Shown here: positions 18,822-30,723 of the stretch, piece by piece
Layout of the letters: each line of letters starts with the position of its first letter
Position numbering within the stretch: position 1 is the first letter of the stretch
Assembly: GCA_046582655.1 (NCBI GenBank)
Contig: JAYGDX010000113.1
Location: 1 to 37,346 of the forward strand
Origin: Candidatus Poribacteria bacterium
GTDB lineage: Bacteria > Poribacteria > WGA-4E > UBA9662
DNA: 37,346 nt
Direction: 5' to 3'
Position numbers and translations under genes: made by a program
Notes under the pieces: generated by a model
Seen by the model: the letters and a program-made list of their open reading frames with translations, nothing else
Told to the model about the DNA's origin: nothing
Database searches by the model: none

Positions 18822-19193
18822 TTAGAATTTCAAACCGCCTTTTCTGGCTGCTTCAGCAAGGGCTGCTATCCGTCCATGATAGAGGTTGCCTCCACGATCG
18901 AAAACCACTGATTCTATGTTGCGATCTTTTGCTTTCGCAGCAATTAATCCTCCCACCTGCTCCGCTGCTGAGACTTTTTTGCCCTCAGCAGGCAAAACAT
19001 CTCGCAATTCAGGAGAAAGAGTGGACGCTGCTGCCAGTGTAGTACCTTCCGCATCATTAATAACCTGCGCATAAATGTGTTTCAAACTTCGAAAAACAAC
19101 CAAACGTGGTACTCGTTCAGTACCATAAATTCTACCTCGTATGCGCGCTTTTCGTTTTCTAAGGTTATGCTGTTTCTTCTTTATTCGACTCAA
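18822..19193 (-). CDS. rplR: 50S ribosomal protein L18
   Basis: PRLVVFRS...HIYAQ, VFDRGG..YHGR. Confidence 0.97.
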   Translation of the reverse strand: MSRIKKKQHNLRKRKARIRGRIYGTERVPRLVVFRSLKHIYAQVINDAEGTTLAAASTLSPELRDVLPAEGKKVSAAEQVGGLIAAKAKDRNIESVVFDRGGNLYHGRIAALAEAARKGGLKF

Positions 19194-19256
19194 CGGATTT
19201 ACTCCGAATTTTTCAAATATCCATATAATTGAAATGATGATGGTAACGTCAAACCG

Positions 19257-19826
19257 TTATACAGCGGTCTTCCCTTCTTTATTCCTCACCTGTTCGCCTT
19301 CGTAACGAATGCCTTTTGAAGGTTTATAAACTTCAGGCTTCTTAATTTGACGGATTGAAGCTGCTACCTGACCTACCATTTGCTTATCAATGCCTTTAAC
19401 GCTAATAGGAATATGGGGTAGTCCATCAATATTTTCGGAGGGATCAACGATAACCGTAACTCCGTCAGGAGGAGTGAAGGTAACAGGATGAGAATACCCG
19501 ACATTTAAAACCAGACAGTTTTGACGGTCGATTTCAGCACGGTAACCAACACCAACAACGTAAAGTTTTTTCTCAAACCCTTCACTGACACCAACAACCA
19601 TATTAGCAATCAGACTCCTCGATAATCCATGTAAGGCTTTGTCTTCCTTTCCATCTGTCTCCCTCTCAAAACGGATGGTCCCATCAGTAATACTCGCTTT
19701 AATATTTTTAGGAACAGCCCAATCTAACTTTCCTTTAGGCCCTTCAACCGCAACCCCGCCATTGTCTCTTAATTCGACTTTAACATTGGCCGGAATTTGA
19801 ATTGGCAAATTTCCGATTCGAGACAC
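19257..19826 (-). CDS. rplF: 50S ribosomal protein L6
   Basis: MSRIGNLPI, GVGYRA, GYSHP, PEVYK..KGIRY. Confidence 0.97.
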   Translation of the reverse strand: MSRIGNLPIQIPANVKVELRDNGGVAVEGPKGKLDWAVPKNIKASITDGTIRFERETDGKEDKALHGLSRSLIANMVVGVSEGFEKKLYVVGVGYRAEIDRQNCLVLNVGYSHPVTFTPPDGVTVIVDPSENIDGLPHIPISVKGIDKQMVGQVAASIRQIKKPEVYKPSKGIRYEGEQVRNKEGKTAV

Positions 19827-19864
19827 TGCACTTTTCCTTTTACTTAATACTTAATTGTAGCCCC

Positions 19865-20263
19865 TTACCAGACGTAGCAGAGGACTTCGCCGCCGATTCT
19901 TTCCCTCCGACACTGCTTTCCAGTTTTCACACCATGGGAGGTTGATAACACGGAAACACCTAAATCTCCATATACTCGTGGAATTTTTGTGGCACCAGCA
20001 TAAACACGCCTACCCGGCTTACTAACCCGACGAATCCCAGAGATAACCTTTTCTTGATTATCATCATACTTCAAATATATTCTTAAAATACCTTGTTTGC
20101 GATCTTCAATTAATCTGTAACTACGAATATAACCTTCTTCATGTAATATCCGTGCAACTTCCATTTTTAACTTGGACGCAGGAATCTCAACCCGTTCATG
20201 TCTAACCATGTTAGCATTACGGATACGAGTCAACATATCTGCGACAGGATCTGTCATTGACAT
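19865..20263 (-). CDS. rpsH: 30S ribosomal protein S8
   Basis: [30 protein letters not shown]. Confidence 0.98.
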   Translation of the reverse strand: MSMTDPVADMLTRIRNANMVRHERVEIPASKLKMEVARILHEEGYIRSYRLIEDRKQGILRIYLKYDDNQEKVISGIRRVSKPGRRVYAGATKIPRVYGDLGVSVLSTSHGVKTGKQCRRERIGGEVLCYVW

Positions 20264-20275
20264 TGGTCTCTACCT

Positions 20276-20461
20276 CTACCAGCTGGCTTTTCTGACACCA
20301 GGGATTTTTGCTGCTCTTGCAAGTAAGCGGAAACAAATTCGACACAACTCAAATTTTTTAAGATACCCGCGCGACCGTCCACATTGACGACAACGATTAT
20401 ATTTTCGAACTCGAAATTTTGGTACTCTCTTTTGTCTTGCAACCTGAGCCTTAGTTGCCAA
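20276..20461 (-). CDS. rpsN: 30S ribosomal protein S14, zinc-binding (type Z) form
   Basis: 61 aa with CRQC...CRIC and PGVRKASW. Confidence 0.97.
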   Translation of the reverse strand: MATKAQVARQKRVPKFRVRKYNRCRQCGRSRGYLKKFELCRICFRLLARAAKIPGVRKASW

Positions 20462-20501
20462 TTAGTTTCTCCTTAAATAATGGTTTTGTATGTTTTATCT
20501 T

Positions 20502-21050
20502 CTAGGCACGTTCTTGCAACGGCATCCCCATTAGATTCAGTAATTCATAAGCTTCCTCATCCGTCTGTGCAGTCGTTACTATCGTTATGTTTAAACCTCT
20601 CACTTCACTGACTTTATCATACTCAATTTCCGGAAAAATAATCTGTTCCTGAAGTCCCAGAGAGTAATTCCCACGACCGTCAAAGGAGTACGGAGATATA
20701 CCACGAAAATCACGGATCTGTGGTATAACAACATTAGCAAGCTTATAAAAGAAACCATACATCCGATCCCTACGCAACGTAACGCGACACCCAATTGACA
20801 TACCTTGCCTCAGCTTGAAGTTGGACACCGACTTTTTAGCTTGGGTGATGACTGCGCGCTGACCAGCAATTAAACTCAACTCCTCGACCGCGTCTTCCAA
20901 CAATTTCGGTGTTTGAATAGCCTCACCAACTCCGATGTTTAAACTTACTTTTTCAAGCCGCGGGACTTGCATCACATTCTCATACCCAAAACGATTGATT
21001 AATGCAGGTGTAACTTCCTGCTGATATAGTAACCTTGCCGGATGATCCAT
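20502..21050 (-). CDS. rplE: 50S ribosomal protein L5
   Basis: [19 protein letters not shown]...FDGRGN. Confidence 0.97.
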   Translation of the reverse strand: MDHPARLLYQQEVTPALINRFGYENVMQVPRLEKVSLNIGVGEAIQTPKLLEDAVEELSLIAGQRAVITQAKKSVSNFKLRQGMSIGCRVTLRRDRMYGFFYKLANVVIPQIRDFRGISPYSFDGRGNYSLGLQEQIIFPEIEYDKVSEVRGLNITIVTTAQTDEEAYELLNLMGMPLQERA

Positions 21051-21060
21051 TCAATATACC

Positions 21061-21417
21061 TTATGATGTACGTTCAACGCTTTCATTATCTACAACTGAG
21101 ATTCTTTCTCGGAAAATCCTCTTTCTGCCGCCGACTTCTTTTTCCACAACACGTTGTTTAGTCCGGACAGGCTTATCCGTCCTAGGACAAACCACCTTCA
21201 AATTTGATACGTGAACTGTGCCTTCTATCTCCACAACACCTCCCTGTTGTGTTTGTGGATCAGGCCGCGTGTGCTTTGTTATAAAATTAACACCTTCAAC
21301 AATAGCACGCTCTTTTCCAACAAAAACCTGAAGGATTTCACCTTTTTTCCCCTTGTCCTTTCCACTTAAGACTAAAACATGATCTCCTATCTTAACGTGT
21401 AGTTTTCTCTGAGCCAC
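21061..21417 (-). CDS. rplX: 50S ribosomal protein L24
   Basis: GDHVLVLSGKDKGK, VEGVN, HVSN. Confidence 0.96.
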   Translation of the reverse strand: MAQRKLHVKIGDHVLVLSGKDKGKKGEILQVFVGKERAIVEGVNFITKHTRPDPQTQQGGVVEIEGTVHVSNLKVVCPRTDKPVRTKQRVVEKEVGGRKRIFRERISVVDNESVERTS

Positions 21418-21460
21418 AAGTCCCTCCTCAACGCGATACTAATCGAAATACCGCAAAATT

Positions 21461-21829
21461 TCAAATAGCTTCCGGTGCTAAAGACACAATTCGAGTAAAA
21501 TCCTTATCGCGCAATTCGCGAGCAACAGGCCCAAAGACGCGTGTCCCCAGAGGTTGATTTTGCGGATCGAGTATAACCGCCGCATTGTCATCAAACTTAA
21601 TGTAAGACCCATCTGATCTACGATATTCTTTTGCTGTCCGTACAACAACAGCACGAACAACACTCCCTTTCGGTACTTGACTGTTTGGGACAGCTTCTTT
21701 CACGCTAGCAACTATAATATCACCCACTCTGGCGTAACGCTTGCGACTTCCACCAAGAACTTTGATGCACATAATCCGCTTAGCGCCAGAATTATCAGCA
21801 GAATTTAACATCGTATAAGTCTGAATCAT
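21461..21829 (-). CDS. rplN: 50S ribosomal protein L14
   Basis: [26 protein letters not shown]. Confidence 0.98.
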   Translation of the reverse strand: MIQTYTMLNSADNSGAKRIMCIKVLGGSRKRYARVGDIIVASVKEAVPNSQVPKGSVVRAVVVRTAKEYRRSDGSYIKFDDNAAVILDPQNQPLGTRVFGPVARELRDKDFTRIVSLAPEAI

Positions 21830-21863
21830 CTTAAAACTCTATAGCCAATCTTAATATTGTATC

Positions 21864-22133
21864 TCATTCGACTTTTGAAACAATGCGCTGTAACCGCCAT
21901 CTTTTCCGATGACTTAAAGGCTTGCTTTCAACAATTCGCACGACATCACCAATCTGGCATTGATTACTCTCATCATGAGCCAAGACTTTTTTGGTTCGCC
22001 TTATGATTTTTTTATAAACAGGATGTTGGTAGGTGCGTTCCACGGCCACTGTAATGCTTTTGTCCATTTTGTCACTTGTCACTGTACCTGTTCGAACTTT
22101 CCTATTACCCCTACGAGCATTGCTATCTGACAA
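21864..22133 (-). CDS. rpsQ: 30S ribosomal protein S17
   Basis: SDKMDKSI, HPVYKK, AHDE, PLSHRKRW. Confidence 0.97.
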   Translation of the reverse strand: MSDSNARRGNRKVRTGTVTSDKMDKSITVAVERTYQHPVYKKIIRRTKKVLAHDESNQCQIGDVVRIVESKPLSHRKRWRLQRIVSKVE

Positions 22134-22144
22134 TTTAATTTCCC

Positions 22145-22345
22145 TTATCTCTCAATTCCGAGGCTACGTTCACGTAGAATTGTCTTGGCACGAGCTACAT
22201 TTCTACGCACTTTCTTTAATTGGGATGTATCATCAAGCTGACTGAGAACATTCCGGAATTTTAAACTGAATAGCCCCTCCTCCAAATCATTTAAATCACT
22301 TTCCAGCTCTTCTGTTGGTTTAGCGCGCAATTCTGCTGTGTTCAT
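22145..22345 (-). CDS. rpmC: 50S ribosomal protein L29
   Basis: ELR...LFSLKF...VRRNVARAKT; canonical position. Confidence 0.95.
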   Translation of the reverse strand: MNTAELRAKPTEELESDLNDLEEGLFSLKFRNVLSQLDDTSQLKKVRRNVARAKTILRERSLGIER

Positions 22346-22348
22346 TGC

Positions 22349-22771
22349 TTAACCTGCTTCCTCTGATGATCTAGTAACAAATTTGGTCTTGAAAGGCAAC
22401 TTATGAGAGGCTAGACGCATTGCCTCCTTAGCCTCATCAAATGGAATCCCACTTAATTCATACAAAATTCGTCCTGGTTTAATAACTGCTACCCAGTACT
22501 CAGGTGGTCCTTTACCACTCCCCATGCGCGTTTCCGCAGCTTTTTGTGTTATAGGCTTATGTGGGAAAATTTTAATCCAGACCTTTCCACCACGACGAAC
22601 ATAACGCGTCATCGCGACACGTGCCGATTCAATTTGGCGACTCGTCATCCAACCAGATTCAAGGGCCTGCAAACCATACTCACCAAAATTAATCCTTGAT
22701 CCTTTGACAGGTGCTCCACGCCGTCTGCCTTTTTGGATTTTACGATATTTTGTACGCTTTGGCATCAGCAT
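22349..22771 (-). CDS. rplP: 50S ribosomal protein L16
   Basis: [22 protein letters not shown]. Confidence 0.98.
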   Translation of the reverse strand: MLMPKRTKYRKIQKGRRRGAPVKGSRINFGEYGLQALESGWMTSRQIESARVAMTRYVRRGGKVWIKIFPHKPITQKAAETRMGSGKGPPEYWVAVIKPGRILYELSGIPFDEAKEAMRLASHKLPFKTKFVTRSSEEAG

Positions 22772-22827
22772 AAGACTTTATCCTTTCTAAAGTGAACACT
22801 TAGGAACCATATAACTTGAGCCCAACA

Positions 22828-23577
22828 TTAATTCCCATCCTCTGGATTCGACGCCCTGGCCCTACGCGGTCTGCGCCTTCGACTATCACCGGATGAAGGA
22901 AGCTGTGAAACGCGACTTGCTGAAGCATCTTCAGCAAATGGGTCTCCAATTATTTCTCCTTTAAAAATCCACGTTTTGATTCCAATCGTCCCGTAGGTTG
23001 TAGCAGCTTCAGCAAACCCATAATCGACGTCTGCACGCAAAGTATGTAGCGGCACACGACCTTGAATCGCAGACTCACTCCGAGCCATCTCGGCACCACC
23101 AAGACGACCACTAACGGCAATTTTAACGCCTTGGGCACCCGCTTTCATTGAAGATTCAATAGTTTTCTTCATTGCTTGCCTAAAATTAGCACGGCGCAGA
23201 ATCTGCATTGAAACCGCTTCGGCAACAAGTTGCGCATCAAGTTCTGGCCTCTTAATCTCCTCAACCTCAATCCGAACAGGTCTTCCGATAAGCTCTTCCA
23301 AATCAGATTGCAACTGCTCAGTCTCACTACCACGACGCCCAATCACAATTCCGGGACGAGCAGTATGAATTCTAACAGTGCATGCGCCTGATCCGGATTC
23401 TTTCCTCTTGACTTCGGTTCGAGAAATCCCCGCACGGTAAAGCCTCTCTTTGATGAATTTCTGTAATGTCAGATCCTCATGAAGCCACTTGGCATAATCC
23501 TTTTTCTCATACCAAATCGAATCCCAAGTTTCAATAATTCCTAAACGTAATCCACGAGGATGGGTTTTTTGGCCCAC
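22828..23577 (-). CDS. rpsC: 30S ribosomal protein S3
   Basis: MGQKTHP, ARPGIVIG, GRLGGAEMAR, GRVPLHTLRA. Confidence 0.98.
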   Translation of the reverse strand: MGQKTHPRGLRLGIIETWDSIWYEKKDYAKWLHEDLTLQKFIKERLYRAGISRTEVKRKESGSGACTVRIHTARPGIVIGRRGSETEQLQSDLEELIGRPVRIEVEEIKRPELDAQLVAEAVSMQILRRANFRQAMKKTIESSMKAGAQGVKIAVSGRLGGAEMARSESAIQGRVPLHTLRADVDYGFAEAATTYGTIGIKTWIFKGEIIGDPFAEDASASRVSQLPSSGDSRRRRPRRARASNPEDGN

Positions 23578-23676
23578 AACAACCTCCTAAAATTCAAGTG
23601 CAATTTCTATAATTAGCATTAAAAAGCGATATCGAATAAAACCAAGGATGAAATAACGAACATCTCATAAAGTCTT

Positions 23677-24024
23677 CTATTCTTCCTCCGACCATTCATC
23701 CACCACAATTTTGATGTGACATCTTCTTCGAAAGATTCGGTTGGCGATACCTCTTGATCTAGGACGAATCCATTTGCGTGTTATCCCTTCATCCACAAAG
23801 ATCATTTTAATGTACAACATTGTTCCATCAACGTCCGAGCTATCATCTAACATGTTTGCCACCGCAGAATTAATTAATTTCATGATAACTGGGGACGCCG
23901 CTTTGTGCACAAGTGACAATTGATCTAAGGCATCATCGACATATTCCCCACGAATCAGATCAGCAAGCAACCTAGCTTTACGAGGAGCAATCGGCACATT
24001 TCGAATACTGGCAACTGCTTCCAT
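23677..24024 (-). CDS. rplV: 50S ribosomal protein L22
   Basis: APRKARL..DLIRG, SAVAN, PRSRG; probable start ATG 24024. Confidence 0.96.
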   Translation of the reverse strand: MEAVASIRNVPIAPRKARLLADLIRGEYVDDALDQLSLVHKAASPVIMKLINSAVANMLDDSSDVDGTMLYIKMIFVDEGITRKWIRPRSRGIANRIFRRRCHIKIVVDEWSEEE

Positions 24025-24072
24025 GACACACAATACCTCTTATATTTATAAAGCTCTATAACACTACTATGA

Positions 24073-24336
24073 CTATGAGGAACTGGAGTGAGACCTAAAA
24101 GTCCGGGTTGGTGAAAACTCACCCAGCTTGTGCCCCACCATATTTTCTGTGATGTAAATAGGAAAAAACTGCTTTCCATTATGGACTACAAACGTATGCC
24201 CAATAAAAATTGGGGTAATCATTGATCGACGAGACCAAGTCTTAATCGCACGTTTGCTTCCAGACTGATCCATTTGCTCTATCTTCTTTAGTAGCTTGGG
24301 ATCAACATAAGGCCCCTTCTTGAGCGAACGAGACAT
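24073..24336 (-). CDS. rpsS: 30S ribosomal protein S19
   Basis: [25 protein letters not shown]. Confidence 0.98.
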   Translation of the reverse strand: MSRSLKKGPYVDPKLLKKIEQMDQSGSKRAIKTWSRRSMITPIFIGHTFVVHNGKQFFPIYITENMVGHKLGEFSPTRTFRSHSSSS

Positions 24337-24397
24337 AGCTTCCTTTCAATTTTGACATAAAACTCAACACCTACACTCCAACAAAGAGATGGAGCGA

Positions 24398-25213
24398 TCA
24401 ACTTGTAATTAACCGGCTTGATTTCTTCTTCGGATTTCGAGTTTTATATCCCTTAGTTGGCACTCCCCAAGGAGTACAGGGATGCCTTCCACCAGAACTT
24501 TTCCCTTCACCGCCACCGTGTGGGTGATCAACTGGATTCATGGCAACTCCTCGAACTTTGGGGCGACGTCCAAGCCAACGGGATCTACCAGCCTTACCAA
24601 TTGTCACACTCCCGTGATCAGCATTTCCAACTTGGCCTATAGTACCAAAGCAAGCCCCCAATATCAATCGCACCTCGCCAGAAGGCAACTTAACTCTCAC
24701 ATATTTTCCTTCACGATCAAGAAGCTGAGCAGATTCCCCAGCACTTCGAACAAGTTGCCCTCCTTTACCAGGAACCATCTCAATATTGTGAATGAAAGTC
24801 CCCGGCGGGATGCTTGAGAGTGGTAAGGCATTTCCAACCCTAATCTCAGCTTCGGAACCGGAACTTAATGTGTCTCCTACCTGAATTCCCAATGGTGCAA
24901 TGATGTAACGTTTTTCGCCATCAATATAATGTAGAAGAGCAATATGAGCAGATCGGTTCGGATCATATTCGATTGAGGCTACTTTAGCAAAAACACCGTG
25001 CTTATCACGCTTAAAATCAACAACTCGGTATCTCCGCTTATGTCCCCCACCACGCCTACGAACGGTGATTCTTCCCAAAGAATTTCGACCGGCTCTCTTT
25101 TTATTTCCTCTAGTCAGCGACTTTTCCGGACTCCAACGTGTCAATTCGGCAAAGTCGCTACCTGTCATTGTCCGCCGACTCGGAGTCGTGGGTTTGTATG
25201 TTTTAGTTGCCAC
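24398..25213 (-). CDS. rplB: 50S ribosomal protein L2
   Basis: [30 protein letters not shown]. Confidence 0.98.
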   Translation of the reverse strand: MATKTYKPTTPSRRTMTGSDFAELTRWSPEKSLTRGNKKRAGRNSLGRITVRRRGGGHKRRYRVVDFKRDKHGVFAKVASIEYDPNRSAHIALLHYIDGEKRYIIAPLGIQVGDTLSSGSEAEIRVGNALPLSSIPPGTFIHNIEMVPGKGGQLVRSAGESAQLLDREGKYVRVKLPSGEVRLILGACFGTIGQVGNADHGSVTIGKAGRSRWLGRRPKVRGVAMNPVDHPHGGGEGKSSGGRHPCTPWGVPTKGYKTRNPKKKSSRLITS

Positions 25214-25261
25214 CTGATTATTTCCACCTTATATTATAATCTTTATGGATGCATTCCACAG

Positions 25262-25561
25262 CTAAATACTTTCAAAGAGTTGAATGTCAATTCCTGCCTC
25301 AACGGTAATAATAGCTTTCTTAATATCCGGCCGCCTGCCACGATTAGATCGCATTAATTGACCTTTTGTTTTGCCGTGAACAAGTACGGTATTTACCTTC
25401 AGAATTTTCCCCTTAATATCAAAAAGACCTTCGGCCGCCTGACGAATGTCGGACTTGGTTGCATTCCGATCAACAATTAAAGTGAATTTGTTTTCCTCAC
25501 GTAGGTTTGTCGTTTTTTCTGTTATCAAAGGCTTTTTAATCACCTGATATGGCGTTTTCAT
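25262..25561 (-). CDS. rplW: 50S ribosomal protein L23
   Basis: PLITEK, KVNT, KKAII. Confidence 0.95.
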   Translation of the reverse strand: MKTPYQVIKKPLITEKTTNLREENKFTLIVDRNATKSDIRQAAEGLFDIKGKILKVNTVLVHGKTKGQLMRSNRGRRPDIKKAIITVEAGIDIQLFESI

Positions 25562-25590
25562 GAAAATCCTTAGATTCTTTTTTCAAACTG

Positions 25591-26217
25591 CTAGTTAGTG
25601 TATTTCTTCTCCAGTTTATCCACAGCACTCTCTGTCATAACGATATTATCGTGCCAGAGTATTCCGTAGGCATTCAGCAAGTCCCAAGTACAGCTATTCA
25701 CTCCACGAATATTTCGAGCAGAAAGATAAATATTTGGATCGTAATCATCCAAAACAATGAGTGTCTTTCCTTTCAAGCCAAGTAAATCCAAAAATTGAAC
25801 CAACTCCTGTGTCTTAGGCACCTCCATACTGAAATCTTGAACTAATCGACAATATTCATTTTGAAAGACATCAGCCAACACAGACTTCATACCTAAACGG
25901 CGAACTTTTTTTGGCAAATTAATACGAAAACTCCGTGGCCTGGGCCCAAATGCCACGCCACCACCAACACGAATAGGTGATTTAGCGTCTCCAACTCGCG
26001 CTCTACCAGTTCCTTTTTGGCGATACAATTTCCTGCCACTTCCCTTGACCTCACTTCGTGTTTTGGCCAAAGCGGTACCTCGGCGTTGATTCGCTAAATA
26101 GGCAACCACGCACTTATGAACGACTGACTCATTGATCGGCGCATTGGCAAACTCCTCACGCAACTCTTTCTGAGAAACGACGCTGCCTGATCTGTCATAT
26201 ACATCTAATTTTGGCAT
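25591..26217 (-). CDS. rplD: 50S ribosomal protein L4
   Basis: [25 protein letters not shown]; probable start ATG 26217. Confidence 0.97.
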   Translation of the reverse strand: MPKLDVYDRSGSVVSQKELREEFANAPINESVVHKCVVAYLANQRRGTALAKTRSEVKGSGRKLYRQKGTGRARVGDAKSPIRVGGGVAFGPRPRSFRINLPKKVRRLGMKSVLADVFQNEYCRLVQDFSMEVPKTQELVQFLDLLGLKGKTLIVLDDYDPNIYLSARNIRGVNSCTWDLLNAYGILWHDNIVMTESAVDKLEKKYTN

Positions 26218-26255
26218 AAACACATTAATCCTTCAGAGACACCTTCACAAAACTA

Positions 26256-26894
26256 TTAAACTACAGATTTAACGGCTCTTCGAATAACCAGTAAGCCATT
26301 TCGGCTTCCAGGAACAGCACCTTTTACAAGCAAAAGGTTGCGTTCCGGATCAGCTTTAACGACCTGCAAATTTTGGACCGTCGCTTTTTTATTCCCCATA
26401 CGGCCAGGCATTTTCTGCCCTTTGAAGACTCGAGACGGTTGTGCGCTTTGACCTATAGATCCCGGTCGTCGGTGATCTTGTTCGCCACCATGACTCTTCC
26501 TGCCACCAGCAAACCCCCAGCGTTTTACAACCCCAGCGAATCCTTTCCCTTTCGAGACTCCTGTAACATCCACCAAATCCCCCACCGAAAAAGTGCTTGA
26601 ATCGATAGCAGAACCAACAGAAATATCATCAGGCACATCCACCCGCAACTCCTTTAAATAACGTTTGGGTTCAACATTAGCTTTTTCGAAATGCCCCAGC
26701 TTCGGCTTATTGAATTTGCTATCCTTCCGATCGAAGAAACCAATCTGAACAGCATTATAACCATCCCGCTCAGTTGTCTTAATCTGCACAACGGTGCAAG
26801 GTCCTGCCTCAATCACAGTTACTGGTATCGCTTCTCCTGACTCATCGAAGACTTGAGTCATCCCAACTTTTCTGCCGAGTATTCCATTAATCAT
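26256..26894 (-). CDS. rplC: 50S ribosomal protein L3
   Basis: GRKVGMTQ, GKGFAGVVKRW, MPGRMG. Confidence 0.98.
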   Translation of the reverse strand: MINGILGRKVGMTQVFDESGEAIPVTVIEAGPCTVVQIKTTERDGYNAVQIGFFDRKDSKFNKPKLGHFEKANVEPKRYLKELRVDVPDDISVGSAIDSSTFSVGDLVDVTGVSKGKGFAGVVKRWGFAGGRKSHGGEQDHRRPGSIGQSAQPSRVFKGQKMPGRMGNKKATVQNLQVVKADPERNLLLVKGAVPGSRNGLLVIRRAVKSVV

Positions 26895-26922
26895 AATTTT
26901 CTATACCCATTAAATACGAGGA

Positions 26923-27234
26923 TTAAAAAGTTGTGATTTGCACATCAACGCCTGAGGGCAGGTCAAGCCGCATTAAGGCATCAACTGTCTTAGGGGTAAT
27001 CTCCAAAATGTCAATCAAACGAACATGAGTTCGCATTTCAAACTGTTCGCGCGCCTTCTTGTTGACAAATGTTGCTTTCTGAACAGTCCACACATTTTTT
27101 CTCGTTGGAATCGGAATCGGACCAGCAACAACTGCACCGCTTTGCTTGGCTGTCTCCACAATCACCGAAGTAGACTTGTCCAGCAAACGATGATCAAACG
27201 CCTTTAAACGGATTCGAATTTTCTGACTATCCAC
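26923..27234 (-). CDS. rpsJ: 30S ribosomal protein S10
   Basis: [26 protein letters not shown]; probable GTG start 27234 after GAGGGG. Confidence 0.97.
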   Translation of the reverse strand: MDSQKIRIRLKAFDHRLLDKSTSVIVETAKQSGAVVAGPIPIPTRKNVWTVQKATFVNKKAREQFEMRTHVRLIDILEITPKTVDALMRLDLPSGVDVQITTF

Positions 27235-27344
27235 TACGCCCCTCAAACTGGCACATAAAACCAGAACCTACTGTTAAGAATTTACATACTTTAATTTTTT
27301 CGCACAATTCAACTGAGACCTTAATCTGTGCAAAAACAGATGAA

Positions 27345-28544
27345 CTATTCTGTAATTTTAGATACAACTCCAGCACCTACCGTATGACCACCTTCACGAA
27401 TGGCAAAACGGAGTCCCTCTTCCATCGCAATCGGCTTTGTAAGTTCAACAGTAATCTGAATATTATCGCCTGGCATCACCATCTCGACACCTTCTGGTAG
27501 ATGCATCTGACCCGTTACATCTGTCGTACGGAAATAAAATTGCGGTCGATACCCAGTAAAGAAAGGTGTCCAGCGTCCACCTTCTTCTTTACTTAGGATA
27601 TACGCTTCAGCTTCGAATTTGGTATGAGGGTTAACTGACCCTGGCGCAGCGAGAACCTGCCCTCTCTCAACCGAATCGCGGTCGACTCCACGCAACAACG
27701 CCCCAATGTTATCACCCGCTTCCCCGCTATCAAGGAGTTTTCGGAACATTTCTACTCCGGTACAAACAGTCTCTTCTGTCTCTCGCAGTCCGATAATGTG
27801 TATTGGATCTCCAACATTAACTCTACCTCTTTCAACACGCCCTGTAACCACAGTACCACGACCAGAGATAGTAAATATATCCTCAATTGGCATCAAGAAA
27901 GGCAAATCAACATCTCTTTCAGGTTGCGGTATGAACTCATCAACAGCCTTCATCAATTCGACAATTGACTGAGAAGCCTCATTAGATGGATCCCCGTTGG
28001 ACTCCAAGGCCTGTAAGGCAGATCCAATGACAACTGGAATATCATCGCCAGGAAAGTCATACTCATCAAGTAGCTCACGTACTTCCATTTCAACGAGTTC
28101 AAGCAACTCCTCATCATCAACCATGTCTGCTTTATTGAGGTAAACAACAATATGTGGTACGTTCACCTGCCGTGCTAACAAGACATGCTCCCGCGTTTGT
28201 GGCATCGGACCGTCAGCAGCAGAAACGACAAGAATCGCACCATCCATCTGAGCCGCCCCTGTAATCATATTTTTGATGTAGTCTGCGTGTCCCGGACAGT
28301 CAACGTGAGCATAGTGACGATTCTCAGTTTCATATTCAACGTGAGCCGTATTGATAGTAATCCCACGTTCTTTCTCTTCCGGAGCAGCATCAATTTCTTC
28401 GTAAGTTTTCACATAGTTTGATTCACCCAGATTTGACATGACCATAGTAATAGCTGCCGTCAGCGTAGTCTTTCCATGATCTACATGACCAATAGTACCC
28501 ACATTTGCGTGAGGTTTCGTTCTTTGAAACTTCTCTCTTGCCAT
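27345..28544 (-). CDS. tuf: Elongation factor Tu
   Basis: [32 protein letters not shown]. Confidence 0.99.
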   Translation of the reverse strand: MAREKFQRTKPHANVGTIGHVDHGKTTLTAAITMVMSNLGESNYVKTYEEIDAAPEEKERGITINTAHVEYETENRHYAHVDCPGHADYIKNMITGAAQMDGAILVVSAADGPMPQTREHVLLARQVNVPHIVVYLNKADMVDDEELLELVEMEVRELLDEYDFPGDDIPVVIGSALQALESNGDPSNEASQSIVELMKAVDEFIPQPERDVDLPFLMPIEDIFTISGRGTVVTGRVERGRVNVGDPIHIIGLRETEETVCTGVEMFRKLLDSGEAGDNIGALLRGVDRDSVERGQVLAAPGSVNPHTKFEAEAYILSKEEGGRWTPFFTGYRPQFYFRTTDVTGQMHLPEGVEMVMPGDNIQITVELTKPIAMEEGLRFAIREGGHTVGAGVVSKITE

Positions 28545-28572
28545 TCAACACTCCTTAACAATTCAAATTAGT

Positions 28573-30723
28573 CTAGGTTACCGGTTTGTTACCTTCTGCA
28601 CCAGTTTTCACAGAGACGACTTCTTCAAAAATACTCTGAGGGACAAAACTATAGTGTGAGAATTCCATCGAATGTGTCGACCTCCCCTGAGTTAATGACC
28701 GAAGAGTTTTTACATACCCAAATGTCTCTGACAATGGAACATAAGCCTTGATAACCTGAACATGGGATTTGCTTCTCACTTCGGTATCAAGGATTTGTGA
28801 ACGACGAGAATTTAAATCGCCTATTACCTTACCTAAGTAGTCATCTGGAACAATTACTTCCACCTTCATTATGGGTTCAAGTAATATTGGATTGGCCTTC
28901 TTAACTGCTTCCTTGAAAGCCATAGACCCAACAACTGAAAACGCCATCTCCGATGAATCCACTGGATGATACGACCCGTCAAATAATCGCACGCCGACAT
29001 CAACAATAGGATACCCGGCAAGTACCCCCATACCCATTGCACTCTCAATTCCCTTCTTGATAGCAGGTATATATTCCGAAGGAATGATGCCACCCTTAAT
29101 TTCATTGACAAACTCAAATCCAGCACCTTTTCCAATCGGATAAACCTCGATGCAAACATGACCATACTGACCATGTCCACCTGTCTGACGAACATACCTT
29201 TTATCAACTATAGCGTGAAGACTCACTGTCTCCCGATAGGCGACCTGTGGAGGCCCAAAATTGGAAGAAACTTTAAATTCGCGAGAAAGCCGATCCATAA
29301 TGATTTCTAAATGAAGTTCCCCCATACCAGAAAGCAATATCTGATTTGTTTCAGGATCCTGATGGACTCTGAAAGTAGGATCTTCCTCTGCTAATCTGGC
29401 CAAAGCGGTATTCATCTTATCAATATCAGATGTTGTTTCTGGTTCAATTGCAATAGAAATAACAGGCTCAGGAAAGTCCATGGATTCCAGAATAATCGGT
29501 GCATTCATCTGACAGATCGTATCGCCTGTCGTAATATCCTGCATACCAATTGCGGCAACGATGTCGCCGGCATAGACCACCTCTCTGTCTTCCCGCCTGT
29601 TGGCATGCATCTGTACCAGTCGGTTGACTCTCTCAACCTTACGAGTAGAGCTATTATAGACTTTTGTACCCTTAGCCAACACTCCAGAGTAAACACGGAA
29701 AAAGGTAAGTTTCCCAACGTGTTGATCTGTCATAATCTTAAAGGCCAAGGCAGAAAACGGTTGGCTGTCATCCGGCAGGCGCTCTTCTATTAAATCTGTT
29801 TGAGGGTTTACTCCTGTGACAGCCGCGACTTCACGAGGATTCGGTAAATAAGAAACAATTGAATCCAAGATTGGCTGGATACCTTTATTTTTTAACGCTG
29901 CCCCGCACAAAACCGGTACAACATCACCAGCAATCGTTGCATTCCTGAGACCATCATTCACATTCTGTTCACTAATTTCCTCATCATCCAAATATTTCAC
30001 CAAAAGATCGTCATCCCAATCAGCGATTAACGCCAACATCTGGGTACGATACTCATCAACCATGTCCCTCATATCATCTGGAATCGGCACTTCATGTACT
30101 TCCATGCCAAGATCATGATCTTCCCACCTCAAGGCCCTCATCTTAACAAGATCTACGATACCATTAAAATTTTCGGCAGAACCAATTGGGATCTGAATCG
30201 GTATCGGTTGAGCTCCAAGCCGTTCAATCATCATCTCAACAGTGCGAAAGAAATCGGCTCCGGTACGGTCCATCTTGTTTATAAACGCAATCCGAGGAAC
30301 ATTATACTTATCAGCCTGACGCCAAACAGTTTCAGACTGAGGCTCAACACCACCAACAGCACAAAAGACAGCCACAGCACCATCTAGCACACGAAGAGAT
30401 CTCTCAACCTCGGCAGTAAAATCAATATGGCCTGGAGTGTCAATAACATTAATGCGATGATCCATCCATTGACAGGTGGTAGTTGCCGCAGTAATCGTAA
30501 TACCGCGTTCTTGCTCCTGTTCCATCCAGTCCATTGTTGCCGCGCCATCATGTACTTCACCGACCCTATGCACACGACCTGTGTAGTACAAGACTCGCTC
30601 TGTCACAGTCGTCTTACCAGCGTCAATGTGTGCCATGATACCGATATTCCTTGTCGCTTCCGGTGAGAAGCGGCACTCGCCTGCAACTTTTCTTCTTTCC
30701 AATTTTGCGGAACTAGATCGCAT
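28573..30723 (-). CDS. fusA: Elongation factor G
   Basis: [44 protein letters not shown]. Confidence 0.98.
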   Translation of the reverse strand: MRSSSAKLERRKVAGECRFSPEATRNIGIMAHIDAGKTTVTERVLYYTGRVHRVGEVHDGAATMDWMEQEQERGITITAATTTCQWMDHRINVIDTPGHIDFTAEVERSLRVLDGAVAVFCAVGGVEPQSETVWRQADKYNVPRIAFINKMDRTGADFFRTVEMMIERLGAQPIPIQIPIGSAENFNGIVDLVKMRALRWEDHDLGMEVHEVPIPDDMRDMVDEYRTQMLALIADWDDDLLVKYLDDEEISEQNVNDGLRNATIAGDVVPVLCGAALKNKGIQPILDSIVSYLPNPREVAAVTGVNPQTDLIEERLPDDSQPFSALAFKIMTDQHVGKLTFFRVYSGVLAKGTKVYNSSTRKVERVNRLVQMHANRREDREVVYAGDIVAAIGMQDITTGDTICQMNAPIILESMDFPEPVISIAIEPETTSDIDKMNTALARLAEEDPTFRVHQDPETNQILLSGMGELHLEIIMDRLSREFKVSSNFGPPQVAYRETVSLHAIVDKRYVRQTGGHGQYGHVCIEVYPIGKGAGFEFVNEIKGGIIPSEYIPAIKKGIESAMGMGVLAGYPIVDVGVRLFDGSYHPVDSSEMAFSVVGSMAFKEAVKKANPILLEPIMKVEVIVPDDYLGKVIGDLNSRRSQILDTEVRSKSHVQVIKAYVPLSETFGYVKTLRSLTQGRSTHSMEFSHYSFVPQSIFEEVVSVKTGAEGNKPVT

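Noticed and set aside
27296..27336. Imperfect inverted repeat between tuf and rpsJ
   Set aside because: It is an AT-rich, bulged stem followed by an A-rich rather than U-rich tract on the coding strand; too weak to call a terminator or S10 leader.
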